From Octopus vulgaris (Eukaryota), in NCBI GenBank assembly GCA_951406725.2, contig OX597821.1, forward strand, positions 66,526,001 through 66,590,000: a stretch of 64,000 nt of DNA. Direction: 5' to 3'. Position numbers and translations under genes: made by a program. How positions within the stretch are numbered: position 1 is the first letter of the stretch; the number at the start of each line of letters is the position of its first letter. The notes beneath the pieces are model-generated. The model saw only the letters and a list, made by a program, of their open reading frames with translations, did no database searches and had not been told where the DNA came from. Below are positions 40,977-56,354 of the stretch, piece after piece.

Positions 40977-41591
40977 TTACATACATATATAAATAAATAC
41001 ATTTATGCGTATGTGTGTTTACGTGCTTCTTATATGTATACAAACAAAAGGAAAGAGCGATCAGTACAAGTTTGGTAGTGCGATTTACTCCTCACTTACT
41101 CGGAGTTTTACGCTAGCTTATATACAAAGTACATGCTAGCGATCCTTCACTCAATACTTCCGTTCAAATATGAATATTCACTGTTTAGATTAATATTATA
41201 ATATAGTTCGAAAATACAAATTTTGCTTGGAAATTTTCTTTGTTTAAAGTATATAAAATCTTTATATATTTTTATATATTTACATTCATACATATACAAA
41301 TGTGTGAACATTTATTTGCGTACATACACGCTAATACATACAGGAGGAAGCGTGTGTTTGCGAATGCGTGCTGTTGCATGTGACTCTGTAACCATAAGTA
41401 ACTAAACATTATCACAAGGCAACTACATAATTAATTTCTAAGAATTTACATACATTTTCTTATACGTACATACATACACACATACACACACATGAGCATG
41501 CATATACATATATGACTATATGTATATATATGTATATATATCTATATATCTCTCTATGTGTATATATAACACACGCACACATCCATACCTT

Positions 41592-41642
<51 letters not shown>

Positions 41643-42256
41643 GTGTGTGTGTGTAAATTATTAACAATAATTATATGTCGCTTTTCTTTATTTTTCTACA
41701 GTGAAATATATTTCTTCATCACCATATACTTGTAGTCTTGCAGAAGAGAAAATACGCTCTTTTTTTTTTTTGGTTTTTATTCCTCATTCTTTTCTTTTTT
41801 CAATTTTATTTTAGAATTGCTTGTTCTATTTTTTCTCCATTCATTTCTAAATTTCAATTTATAGACAAATAAATATTTGTAGGAATGTTATTAAAGGAAG
41901 AATGGAGATAAATAAATGCTTAGTTACAGATGGACGATAGTATATGAATATAAATATACAAGTAGAAATACACATACAGATATACATATAAGCATTCATA
42001 CACATATATACACGCATTCATATATATGTTTGCATGTATGCATACTCCTTATGTATATATTTTTTTTATTCAAACGGTGTTGTAATTTAATGAAATTGCA
42101 ATGCGGAAAAATAAATTGATTGGTTGATTTGAAAAGAACATTCCGTTGTGGACATTGTTGTTTTGAAGTTATATTAATGTATTTAATTTCAGCTGCGTAT
42201 AAGAGCTGTCTGACTGACACATAAACATGCACCTGTATGCACACACACACACACCC

Positions 42257-42322
<66 letters not shown>

Positions 42323-44805
42323 ATTTATAATTTTATGTACGTATACGACGATCGCTCTCGATATTTATTCTTAGAACATTCCGGCAGATTCGAACCTGGA
42401 AAGCCTAGTAGCTGTAATGTTACGTCACTGTAGAATAACTCTTTTCACACGAATATGTGCTCATAAAAAGCACTTGACTCAATAGCGTTAGAAAATGTTG
42501 GTACATCCAGCGTTTTAACAAAGTTTTATCTTGTCAGGAAATGGCACGTTGGAGTGATGAATCTAACAAGAGTTTGCGCATTTTATATAATACCTCAGCA
42601 AATAAATTATTTCTCGATGCGTGTTGGTGTCTCCCAACATATAGTATATCGTCATACATTCTTCATACGTTCCAGCTTCGAACGTTAATAGAATAATAGC
42701 TGCTGTATTTCATCATCAGAGAACAACTTCTCCTTTCCGACTAACGTATCTTCTTAACACTCTATTCATTAGCACCCTGAGTTTCAACATATTTGTGTCT
42801 CGTCAGTTAAAGGCACCTGAATCTAATGAATCTAGAGTTCTACGCTCTTGTTTATAAATTCAGCTTTGACTGACAAGGCATAACGATATTTTTATATTTC
42901 CAAAGAATCATTACACTAATGAATCGAATATAATTCACTAACTCGTAACAATTTTTATTTTTGTATTTAACTTTTACAAATTCTTTGCAAACATTATTGT
43001 TGGATAAGCAGGCCATTACCCGATAACACCCTAATAGGAGGTAACTATTACCTGATAATATACTGCTTTACCAGTGTCAGACTGACCATGTGTTCTTGTG
43101 TTTCAGTTTGAGTTCAGCCCGAATCGAAAACACATATTACATAAATTTGAAAGCAAGATCAGCAAGTCTTCCTTTCTTAAATACTTTATCTAGGTCTGCA
43201 ATAGTCAATGTATAATTCCTTTTTCAACTTTGAAAGTCCTAAAAGAGGCAAATTGGTAGCTTTTCCTAGTCTCTCGATCAAGTTTTTCCAGTCTCTCGAT
43301 GGTGTTTTCAATGGGCAAGGACTAACACATAAGTAAGTTGCTATATGAAGACTTTGACAATTTGTTTATTGCTTTCCCGAATAGAAACTTTATACAACCC
43401 TTTTTTTCCAATAATGCATGTTTGTTATGTTATTGTAGTTTTGCAGTTGACGACGTTGGCGTATCTTCAAAGTATTTCATTCTTCATTTTCATCAAGTTA
43501 CTTTCAAAAATCAGAGATAATGACCTTCTCATAAAATGTTCAATTCTCATCAATCTCGACTTAGGAAATTGTACCAGCACATTTCAGTACAAAATGTAAA
43601 ATAAGCCGTTTTTCCATTCAAAACTCTTTCATTACATTCGTTGAGACTTTTGAGTTCGGATAAACAAACTTGCTGAATCTGATATGTGAAGTTGCTTTCT
43701 CTCGAGCTTTCATAGATAATCGGCTTTCAAAGCCGTACTCCGTAGTCGTCTGTGTGAAGTCTGCTGCATTGAAAACTAGATTCTTGCTTTCAAAATTTTA
43801 AAACTACACTCATTTTACCATGTAGTAGTTTATCAATGTAAAATAATTGACAGAAGGCTGGTAGTTAAATTGACTGTTTATACATTACTGATCATTTTTA
43901 AAGACCCGTATAGACACAACTGACACCAAATATTTTTAAAATATTCAACGCATAAATAATACAAGCTGGTGAAATAAAACGTAAAATACAAGTTCAGAGT
44001 TGACTTCAAAGTCTAACAGACAGCTCTGAGTATTCATAAATCTAACACGTTTTTCAACCAATGCAAAGGACTACAAAAAAGATCGAATTGCAGAATAGAG
44101 CGTCGAAAAGTTGTCGTGTGGCAGATACTCTGGTTCGGAGTGTTTTGAATTCTAGCGCTGCTGACTTTATCTTCGTTGTACATCTTTCTTGAGTTAATTC
44201 TTCTCTTTTTCGTTTTGAGAATCAGCTACACATCTCTCTGAGAGATACAGGGGTGAACCACTTCCAGTATTTTCTACACCAAGAAGTGGAAGAGGGCTGA
44301 GAAACTGGCTAGCAACCTGTTTTTTTTACCTGACATGTTAAAAGAACCGTCCGATGAAACCAGAGTTAGTAGGTTATAAAAGTAATGACGTACTGTTATA
44401 ACGGGCTGGGAGTATGTTTAAGAAAAAGACTGCAAATATAATAGATCCTTTCTAATGTAATTCAGTCGAATTATTTCTTGACGAAATGATAAATACTGAA
44501 AGACACATAGTGTAATTGAATGGAAGATTGTGGTCTAATGGTTAGAGAGTAGGAGTCACTATCATGATGTCGTGGGTTCGATGCGAGGTTAGGGCAGCAA
44601 ATTATCTCTTTGGGCAAGGAATGTCATTTTACGTTTCTCAAGTTTATTCAACTGAAAATGAGTACCGGCTCAGTACTCGTGCAGTCCTCTTTCTCTTCAG
44701 CTGTCATTTCCTCAGCATTTTTCTGCCTCAAGCGTGAGAGATGCCAAGAATTTGCCTATATCTTCTTGCAGCTATACAGACACCAAGAACAATTAGGGAA
44801 AACAT

Positions 44806-45017
44806 AGGGCTAAATACAGAGGGAACAAACAAGGACAGACAAACGAATTAAGTCGATTATATCGACCCCAGTGCGTAACTGGTACTTAATTTATCGACCC
44901 CGAAAGGATGAAAGGCAAAGTCAACCTCGGCGGAATTTGAACTCAGAACGTAACGGCAGACAGAATACAGCTACACATTTCGCCCGGCGTGCTAACGTTT
45001 CTGCCAGCTCGCCGCCT
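44806..45017 (-). mobile_element. SINE family B, full length
   Basis: Complete family B sequence. Confidence 0.92.
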
Positions 45018-45941
45018 TAATGGCATACGCGCTTGTGAGTGACGGCTATACATTGTAATAGTGTAATTAACTATAGATTCTATATATAAACTTATAGAGA
45101 TGGTAAATGAATATGATTTTACAAAAGCATTGGATGACTGTGCAAATATACTACAAAATATACGCATGCGCATTTGCACGGACCAATACACCTAGGTGTT
45201 CCAGTACGCTTTGGAATTCTGGTAGATTATTTAAAACAAATTCGACTGTAAGTGGTTAAATCAGGTTCGACTGAAAATAGATATACGCACATAAACACAC
45301 TAAAATACGCATACGAGCACAGACAGAGACATGTATATGTGTGTTTTCATTTGTGTCTGTGTGCAAGTGTGTATTTCCCCTTACAGTAAAGCAAAACCCA
45401 CTTAAAATTTTATATAATAATTTCAGTGTTATTTTATACGTTCGCATATGTAAGTTCTATGTTCACCGAAGTGGGCTGTAATGAAACCGAGCCGTATAAC
45501 GCTATCAACTGACTAATCTGAGTTAATAAACTTACTACAAGCGGTTCAGACATGCTATGTAGTCCAGCCGATTTATGAACACATGGAGATTATCATAATG
45601 GTGTCAGCAAAAGTATACAAGAGTTCCAACCTGCTGACAATGGTAAGAGCACTTTCTTTGAAGGAAAAAAAAAGTTACCTTCTAAAAAATGCATAAATAT
45701 AGTGGATTAAATAATTCTTAATATAATATGGCGGATGTGAAAACAGAATGGTAAATACTGGAAATCCGGTCGAATTTTGTCATTAAAGTTTATTAATTAC
45801 ACTTATATTAAATGCTTAACTGCTGCTTTATTAGAAATTATTATGTAAACTTACACACACACACATCTACACACACATGCACACATATATGTATGTATAC
45901 TCGCACATACAAAGACATATGCATACATAAATACATATTAC

Positions 45942-45983
<42 letters not shown>

Positions 45984-46044
45984 AGAAGGTTAAAAAGGAA
46001 CACGAGAGTTGATATATATGGAAAGGTAATTTTATAAAAGTCAA

Positions 46045-46325
46045 GGTAATTTTATAAAAAACATTTCAGTACCGGTTTCAGCCATTGAGACTTCTTCAAC
46101 TGTAAGTATGAAAAACAATTGAATTTTGGAAAAATTAAAAGAAAGTTTTAAAAGAAGAAGAAGAAGAAGAAGCAAGAGAAGGGAGAAAAATAAGGAATGT
46201 AGGTAGTATGATAGTAGTAAGGTGTTAAATGGTCAAGTGACCTAAAATTTAATTGTTTTCCATACTTACAGCTGAAAAAGTTTCAATGACCGAAACCGGT
46301 ACTGAAATGTTTTTTATAAAATCAT
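46045..46325. mobile_element. Inverted-repeat element with mirrored hammerhead-like motifs
   Basis: Arms 46049-46130 / 46241-46321; plus CAG-CUGAAAA-AGUUUCAAUGACC-GAAACCGGUA-CUG (46269-46304); minus copy has UUGAAGA. Confidence 0.65.
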
Positions 46326-46541
46326 TTTAGCATTTTCTACCTTGACTGTTTTCCAAGTAAAGTTTACGAAAATAAACAAAAGACGAAGGCAGGTGATGTA
46401 CAAAACAAACAGATGTATTAGTATAGCGCTCAGGAATAGAAAAATATTTTACGTTTCGAGCCTACGCTCTTCTATAGAAAGGTACACAGAAAAAGCAAGG
46501 AGAAAAAAAAAATGCGTAGTAGCAAACGATCTATCATGGCG

Positions 46542-46580
<39 letters not shown>

Positions 46581-46699
46581 TGAATGAAACAGTACTAGTC
46601 CTGTAGAAGCTCCTTCTATATAATAAATTAATTTTACTCTGCTATGTATTGAGTACCTTACTTACTGTGGTTTTAACCCCGAATCAACCCGGGACCTAC
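46581..46699 (+). mobile_element. Near-identical reverse copy of 20602-20720, between (TA)n tracts
   Basis: tgaatgaaacagtactagtcctgtagaagctcc...gaatcaacccgggacctac. Confidence 0.85.
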
Positions 46700-47074
46700 A
46701 TATATATATATATATATATATATACACTTATACACACAGATTTGTATAAGGTCTATATACACAGACACACAGGCAAACGCGCATACGTATGTGCAGTCAT
46801 TCCTTTATAAAAATCAAGTTTAAAATTTGTGTGTGTGTTTACATTTAGAACGTTGCACAGGGACATCAAGGAATATCTAATTAGTATTCTATAAACTCTG
46901 GATCTCCAAAGCGAATGCAGCTTTCAATAATAGCTTCCATCTTTGGATGGAAAAAAGAGAAACCATGCATGTACTGTAACTCAATCATTCGCGATGCCAT
47001 TGAACCAAAGTAGATCTCCGACATTCATCCATCCAAATTAGTCGCTTTAAACTAGCTATTATTTATAGCTATAT

Positions 47075-47298
47075 ATTTCTTTATTGCCCACAGGGGGCTA
47101 AACATAGTGGGGACAAACAAGGACAGACAAAGGGACTAAGTTGATTACATTGATCCCAGTGCGTAACTGGTACTTATCTCATCGACCCCGAAAGGATGAA
47201 AGGCAAGGTCGACCTCGGTGGAATTTGAACTCAGAACGTAGCGGTATGCGAAATACAGCTACGCGTTTCGCCCGGCGTGCTAACGATTCTTCCAGCTC
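47075..47298 (-). mobile_element. SINE family B
   Basis: Near-complete family B sequence. Confidence 0.9.
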
Positions 47299-47436
47299 AT
47301 AGAATAAACACCTAGATATCTTTAACTTTTACAGTTCATTTATTTTAGTCATAGGACTTCGGCCATGTTGGGGATCTTCACTTAGTGATCCTGCATCCAA
47401 TTAATACATTATTTATAGAATATTTATTTACAGATA

Positions 47437-47930
<494 letters not shown>

Positions 47931-50900
47931 TTTCGCCATGCTTCTGTTGTGATGTTCTAATGTAAAAACATTGTTGTTCCGTTGCTTGTGAGATTGCTGC
48001 TAGTTTAGTCTAAGTGTTGTCACAACTGTCTTGGCTACAGTAGATGCGTAGTTCGAATTCCACGGTTATTTTTCTGACTTGTTTCCGTACAAAATTTTGT
48101 TAAACAAATATATTTTTAGTTAATACCTTGAGCAGTATTGGCGTTCGTGATCCATGTATACAGAAAACCTGCGTGTGTATGTATGCGCGCGCATGCAAGT
48201 GTGTGAATGTACATATCTAGCCCACGGCAGAATAGTTGGTCAGAGCGTTCAGGGAAATCCATTTCAGTGTGTGTTCTGGTTATTTACGTTTCTCATTCAA
48301 ATACCATACCCAGGTCAACTGTGCATACCGACAAAATAAAATAACAAATGGAGTCTATAAATTATTTACTGGAGTCCCTAAACCAGTTCAACATAATATT
48401 CTGCCTTCATTTGGTAAGTTCTCTAACGACTCTGATGCCAGGCTGTACAATCCTTTGCCTATATCTTAGACAAAATCGGTGACAAGGAGAGGAAGTTTTT
48501 GTTATAAATGCTTCAATACTACCTGACAGCTCTTATAGAGATTTGCTTACCGGCAGTGATTGAATAACTGCAATTTTTACGTTCTCCTTGGAATTGAACA
48601 ACTCTATCAGTACAGCATAAACAAGATTTTCTTGTCATAGACACATGATCTCATGTCATCTACAAATGTCAGTTATCTTTGTGTAAAAAAAAAAAGTGGA
48701 GCAAATTCTGGTGGACTTTTAGTTGACGTCATGCAATGTGTCAGTAGGTAAACTTCCACCGAAACGACGAAGTATATCCGGCAGATTAAGCTAGTTAAAG
48801 TGTTTTTTTCTTTGTTTGTAATTAAAGAGATAAAATTATTCTCATGTAAGAAAAGTCATTCAGTATTTCTATTTAGAATGTTTTTTTTTGTGTGTGTTTT
48901 TCAGTGTTGCAGCTAAATCTATTTCATAGTGCTATACAATTATGAGCAATGGTTGCACGCAAAGCTTTTACACAGCCATAGCCGTAAATTGAAATCCAGT
49001 AACGCTGAAATCTTTCTAATTAATAGATTGAAACGGAAGATATACCTCTTCAATGAGAGAAGTATGAATACATCGAAGGAAATCAAGTTTGGCACTGGAA
49101 GCCTTTGAAGTTGATCGTCTTAATATGATGAAGAAGATAAGTTTTAAGAATGATGCAGCAAATTTTGTGAAATTTTACTGAAGGATTTAAGATATTTTGA
49201 AACTCGAAACGCACAGGTTTCTTAAAACGTGACTAGAAATATTTGTAAATCTAGTAACTGTTTTCAACCAATTTCATCAACATGTAAAGAAACATTAATG
49301 TAGTACAAAAATATTATTCGCTGTTGTTTAAAGTAAAATACAGGATGCACGCGGTACGAGGTGTATATTATCAACTGTTCTTTGCTCTCCTAAAACGAGA
49401 TTGCAAACAAGTCATACTATACCTGGAAGCTGAGTTTATAAATATTTTGTAAGTATTGCAGAACGGCTCTGATCAAGATTGACCGCGTGATGCCGATAAT
49501 AGCATTCTTATCATTTCGTACAAGATGGGATTCAGGACAGATGAAGTAATTTTCTTGGTAACGGTTTAAAAATGAGTTAATTTGTTGGTATAGTCGGTTC
49601 TTAAATGCGCTTTCTGTGAGACCGTTTAGGACACTCTACTATCAGTTGTTATTGCTTGATGTACGTTGCAGCTATTCATGCATAAGAAAAGATTTAACAT
49701 GAAATTATAAATCAATCTCATATTTACCAACTTTCTGGGTACAAAAATAGAATCTAGATACAGGTTCGTAAGAGCCCTAAGTCAAATGTGAAAGTTGCAG
49801 TTATTCAATCAATGCTGTTAAACAAATAGCTATAGTAACAACAAAAATGTATAATCAGTCCCTCCTTCGATAATGCAAATTTTCAGCTTGGCGTACAACA
49901 TGAAGTTTGCCCGTTCAAACTCATCTACTTTAAAAATACAATGGGATTGTACTTACCCAGCAGACGCAACAGGAATAAAAATGCACAAAACAGAAAAAAT
50001 TATTTGGTTTATCTCACCATTCGTCAGTAGTATTGTGACTTTCGCATTAAAATAGTTTATTTTTTATTTATTTAAGCAACAAATATGCTGTTCATTCATA
50101 TAGCAAACTTCATACATCTTCCAACAGGAGCAATACAGTCAATAATTCTACATCTCTTTCCATAAAATAAACGTTTTGTTGCATATTCGTCTTTGATCTT
50201 CAACGTAATACAAACAGAACAAAGCAAAGTGGAGATAACAATTTCTGAAACTCTGATTTATTTCCCTTGTATAAACAGAGCTTCATTAACTGCAGAGAGT
50301 ATCAAATGCTATATAAGTGAAAAAAAAAAAAGGAAAACCGAAACAGGAATGAAACGATAGAACTACGCGTTACGTGGTAATAGAAAGCATATTTAAGCGG
50401 CAGCAGCTATAACACCATATTAGCCCCGTGAGAGAAATTCTTTGTTGCACTCAAACCATACGGAAAGGTAAAAGCAGTTCTACCGATAGAGTATGAATTT
50501 TATACTTAACTGAAAAGTATAAAGCAAAAATCTTAACAAGGATGAAATCTGAAAAACAGATGAAGATCAGATTTCCAAAGGACATCGTGTTTCATAGCAA
50601 GAGGTCTTTCAACCATTCCATGGCGCAACACTTCTTGTCTTTTACTAAGAGGAAATTTGCTGAATATAGATGAGTCCAAATACCTGGAGGACCGTGAATC
50701 ATTGAACAAGTGTAATAACAAGTACGACATGTAATACAACGTTCTATGAGGATCAACGCCGATATAATTGCCTACATGAATGAAACAGTAACAGCTACGA
50801 TATACATATACATAAACATGCATGCATCAATTGTTCAGTTTGTACGTTCACTCTGTGGTTGTCTGTTCGTTCGAAGACCTCACTCTCCACAAATTTTATA

Positions 50901-51013
50901 TTTTATATTTTTTAATTTCTGGATGGGCCAGTTATCTTCTTTTGGTATTTTGTCCTGTACTTTTCTCTGGTGTGTTTACGTATTTTCCCTAGTTGGTGAT
51001 GTTCTGTACTTAA

Positions 51014-51166
<153 letters not shown>

Positions 51167-51285
51167 GGCTGGCTGGATGGATGGATGGATGGATGGATAG
51201 ATAGATGGATAGATCAAAACAGTTTGATTCAACACATGTAACCCCCAAAAGATGTGTTGAGTGTTCTTCTTTCGTTTATCTACTC

Positions 51286-51334
<49 letters not shown>

Positions 51335-51605
51335 CTAAATTAAATAGAGAGATTCAATTGACAAGTCAATAATTTATTTATATTATATTATAATATAATA
51401 TAATACACTATGAATATAATATAATATAACATAAAAGATTATTAAATAACCAAAATAGCCAAGAATTTGTTTTGTTTCATATACATTATTTGTTTTATCA
51501 AAAATTCATATCTACTGATATAAGTCTCTTTAGAGCTCTGGTTTACCGATGAAATTCCGCGTGAAAGGACGGCTGGATTGTGAATTTCGTCTGTCTACAA
51601 ACCAA

Positions 51606-51686
51606 AGTTCTGAAGAGACTTATATACGTGGATATGAATTGTTTAGAAATCAAAAAACGTACAGAAGTCGAAACAAATTGTTGGCT
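51606..51686 (+). ncRNA. Type-I hammerhead motif with canonical core in the right arm of a ~210-bp inverted repeat (element 51335-51915)
   Basis: AGUU-CUGAAGA-GACUU..loop..AAGUC-GAAAC-AAAUU-GUU-GGCU; G10.1-C11.1 intact; decayed mirror in left arm 51335-51547. Confidence 0.65.
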
Positions 51687-51910
51687 ATTTTATTTTTTCA
51701 ATGATTTTTTATGTTATCTAATATTATATTATATTCATAGTATATGATGTTACATTATACTGTAAATAAATTATTGGTTTGTCAATTGACTCTCTGTTTA
51801 ACTTATTGTTTGTAATTCGCATTATACCCATATTCATGTGGTATTCATCTGACGTACCAGTGAATTGGATTTTTTACACATCCCCTTGAAGGAATTCCTT
51901 TCCTTAATTT

Positions 51911-51990
<80 letters not shown>

Positions 51991-52177
51991 TAATGAGTAG
52001 CGGATGTCTCCAAATATTTAACGGTTACTGTCAGGTCTTAAAAATAGGTTATTCAACGGTTAGTATATAAATCCAGTAATAATTCTCATAAGATAAAAAT
52101 ACATAGATATATTTCGTTGGATAATTTTATTACCTAATATTACCTAAACCGCATAGGTTACCTGAGTATTTAATATC

Positions 52178-52267
<90 letters not shown>

Positions 52268-52439
52268 CGTGTGTGTGTATGTGTATCACACTTACTGTAT
52301 GTGTACTATCGGCCGGCAAAATTCTGCAGTATTTGTTTTCAGATAACATCGCTTATAATCTTCATAGAACAATAAATTTGAGACAGTAAGGGAAAATCTT
52401 TCAAGAAGTGGCCAGCGAAAACACCAATGAAATTTCAAC

Positions 52440-52808
52440 CTTAATGGCGCGCACTCACTGCCTGCCACGTGCTTGGATGAGAATCTATCGTCTCTGATAT
52501 CAAAACCGAATAAAACATTCAATGATATTGTGAATATCCGCCTGGCTGATGAAAAATCCGGTGTAGACAACCGAGGCAGTATTAAATTAAGAACAAGCCG
52601 TCTATGCGCCATACTTAACGTATACATACTATTTGTAGGACAGTTGCTAGGCGTAGGAGTAGGTGTGTGGTAAGTAGCTTGCTTACCAACCACATGATTC
52701 CAGGTTCAGTTCAACTGCGTGGGTCCTTGGGCAAGTGTCTTCGGGCTGACCAAATCCTTGTGTGTGGATTTGGTAGACGGAAACTGAAAGAAGCCAGTCA
52801 TATATACG

Positions 52809-52843
<35 letters not shown>

Positions 52844-53550
52844 GTGTGTGTATATGTTTGTGTGTCAGTGTATTTGCCCCCCCCCCAACATTGCATGTCA
52901 ACCGATGCCGGTGTGTATACGTACCCGTAACTTAGCGGTTCGGCAAAAGAGACCGGTAGAATAAGTACTAGGCTTACAAAAAATAAGTCCTGGGGTCGAT
53001 TTGCTCGACGAAAGGCGGTGCTCCAGCATGGCCACAGTCAAATGACTGAAACAAGTACAAGAGTAAGAGTAAAGGGAATGCATTTTGGACTTGCTGTCTT
53101 AAGAAGAAGCAGACGAAATCAGGTGTTGACCATCATAGATTCATCGATGAGTCGTGATTTCGATGTTGCCTTTTTAAGATTGCTAAATTACAGGTATTTT
53201 GTTGGATACTACGAATATAAACATATATTTGTACATCATTATGCAGAACTGTATTCTAATGTGTAGCTCTTTCTGTTTTTAAGCCACACTGGATTTGAAA
53301 ACCTTCCCACACGCACCGTTTCTTACAAGCTCTTTGGTTATTGACAAACATTTTTTTAAACCAATAAGATTGGTAGCATTATACTTCCTCTTGAACTCTT
53401 GAGAATCAACAGACTTAGGAAACATACGACCAAGGCAAGAGAGTTTCCAACAGATCGACTTTCTGCGAAGGAAAGTCAAGGCGAAATTAATAGTACAAGA
53501 CCTAGATGTTGTACAGGAAAAGGTAACGAACGGAGGACTTAAGAACATTG
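52440..53550 (+). pseudogene. Possible highly decayed non-LTR (L1/Tx1-like) RT remnant interrupted by a SINE
   Basis: SSLISKPNKTFNDIVNIRL (ISLLNxDYKxxxxIxxxRL) and LTIIDSSMSRDFDVAFL..ELYSNV (LDxxKAFDxV..LY). Confidence 0.3.
52650..53075 (+). mobile_element. SINE family A
   Basis: Family A head and tail. Confidence 0.92.
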
Positions 53551-54099
53551 ACAGAGCTCATTCCTTTTATGTAAAAAAGCAGAAATACTGTGCTTTGCAA
53601 TCTGTTATTGTTTAAAACTTCCTATAAATACCACATGGACAGGTTTAATATCATATGGAGAAGGATGCAGCCATTAAAGTTGATTAATGTTTTAATATTC
53701 CTTCCGTCACCTACTTAATCACAAGCTTAAGCAATCAAATCAACCCCAGTAAAGTGCTTTTCCTATGTGCCTTATATTATCGACATACAGGCAGAATGAA
53801 AGTCAACACTGATTGCAGCGGAATTTGAACTTAGAATATAACTGGACGTAATCAAAAGGCAGAGAGTAGTTAATAGAACGATCCAACAATTCTGTCACGC
53901 TTTCTCCCTCGTCCTCTCATACAGAATTGGAGAAAATAATACGTCTTAAAATAAATTATTCGATCCTCTTACTCTGTAGACGTCGCTGTGTGGTAGAAAG
54001 TTTGCTTCCCAGCTACGTGGTTCTGGATACGGTACAACTGCGTGGAACCTGGGACAAACGTCTTCTACTATGCACCTACACCGACCAAGCTGAAGACCG

Positions 54100-54400
54100 T
54101 CTCACTCTCTCTCTCTCTCTCACACACACATACGTTCTATCTCTCACACATGTTCTATCTCTCTCTCTCACACACACGTTCTATCTCACTCATATACACT
54201 ATACACACACATACACACACGCATACATTCTCTCTCTCTCTCTCCCACACACACAGGTTCTATCTCTCTCACACACACACACGTTCTATCTCACTCATAT
54301 ACTCTATACACACACATACACACACACGCACACATTCTCTCTTTCTCACACACACATTCTCTCTCTCTCTCTCCCACACACACACGTTCTTTCTCTCTCA
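54100..54400. repeat. Compound (CT)/(CA) minisatellite with ~110-bp higher-order duplication
   Basis: cacacacgttctatctc recurs; 54165-54270 resembles 54275-54395. Confidence 0.85.
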
Positions 54401-54662
54401 TAAAGTTGTGTCTCATTAAAGTTCCTGAGTTTGGGCAGTCATGTTCTTGTTTGCCCCTTCGAGTTAGGAAATGAAACAGTGCTACAATTTTCATTACTAT
54501 TAACTTTCAATAACAAAAATGGTGAACAGTTGTAAACATAAACAACTAACTGAAGATAAGAACACGAAAGGAAAAAAGAAAGGAAATATTTTTGCAGGGG
54601 AAGTGAATAGTAGACAGATAAAGAGAGACTGAGTGACACTATATATAAATACTGTATACATA

Positions 54663-54704
<42 letters not shown>

Positions 54705-54708
<4 letters not shown>

Positions 54709-55460
54709 AAAGTTATTTTATTCCACGCGGGGAGAAATATACGAAAAGTAGAAGTTGAAAATTGACTGAGAATAGTTAAAATATAAAAAAAGCCACATTC
54801 AGATGGCTAGTACACCTTACGTTGTCGAGCGGTTACTGTTTATATCTCGTTCAGAGATTTATTATTGAGTTAAAATATATTTGAAGCTTTAACCGGTTTC
54901 ACAGTTTACACTGATTTTCAAAAAAATCAAATATAGAGATGTGGTGTATGTCACAGCTATCTTCCTTCTGACTTATGTTTGAAATCTGATCTGTTTTTAT
55001 AGGGAGTTCTTGGCTCAAATTAGTATTTGTTTTGAACAGGATTTAATTGGTAGACGTTAGTCACATGAATGGTATTAGAAACTTTTGCTGGTTCCCCGCT
55101 ACGTCCGTGTGTTAGTATCAAGTGAAAACGTTTGGCGTCGTAAGTTAAGGCTGACACGGTTGACTGGAAATGCCCAAACAATCACTGCTCTGACTGCTTT
55201 CTGTCAAGTGTTTGCAGAGAATGAACACGTGATTAAGTTTATAACTTTTAGTATGTTTCCCAGTACTCCGTGTGTTAGTGTCATGTTACTGTGTCAGTTC
55301 TAACTTACGGCGCTAAACAAACCCTAGTCAGAAGCAAGGCAGCTGCGACATAAGCCACGTCTTTCTATTTAAAATTTTTGAAAATCAGTGTAAACTGTGA
55401 AACCGGTTAGAGCTTCAAATATATTGATAAAAATATTTTCCCTATTCTCCCTGCATTTTC
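54705..55460. mobile_element. (TA)n-adjacent element with ~100-bp inverted arms, each with a variant hammerhead-like motif
   Basis: Arms 54872-54975 / 55325-55425; UUGAAAA-U-CAG-UGUAAA-CUG-U-GAAACCGGUU at 55378-55408. Confidence 0.55.
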
Positions 55461-55479
55461 AACTTCTATTTTCCATACA

Positions 55480-55685
55480 GGCACACACAAACACACACAC
55501 AGACCAACTCATACACACACGCATACATATATATATATATATACGACAGGTGCCTTTTCATTTTCCGTCTCCCAAGTCCACTCACAAGGCTTTGGTCGGT
55601 CCGAGGCTACAGTAGAGGAGATTTGGACAAGGTCCCACGCAGTACCACTGAACCAGGTACTCTGTGTCTGGGGAGCAAGCTTCAG
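55480..55685 (-). mobile_element. SINE family A 5' half
   Basis: ttccgtctcccaagtccactcacaaggctttggtcgg. Confidence 0.8.
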
Positions 55686-55987
55686 TAATATATGTATGAT
55701 ATGTATACTGAGGTGTCCATGGAGTTGTATTGATGTACACACACACACACACATACATACACACACACATAGGTACACAAGTGTTTCTAGGAGTTTTTAC
55801 AATAAATCTGTGAGATAAGGTGAAAGATTATTTAGCAAACGAGTTTCTAACGGAGCAAACAAATTCTATTTGATTTTATTTTACATTCAAATTTTAAACT
55901 AAATTACGAATTCCATGACACACAGAGGGACATTTTCTATAAACGTCTATACAAGTGTGCGTGTATAGAGACAGACATGTATGTATG

Positions 55988-56038
<51 letters not shown>

Positions 56039-56354
56039 GTGTGTGTATATATAATATAGATATATAGATATATATACGTATATATATATATGTATATACG
56101 TATATGTGTGTATATGTGTGAACATGTATTTATTTATATATATGTAGATATACAGATAAACATACCCACACAGACATACGTGTATGTATTCATATATACA
56201 CACATATACATTTATGTGTGTGTGTGCGTGTGTGATTGTGCAGTGGGAGGGGGCAGTGTGTGTGCATTTATACATATATTCAATCAGGAACACTTTCAAC
56301 AATTAGTTTTAGTTTCATTCAATTGAATGTTTTCGTGTATATATCACTATCAGA

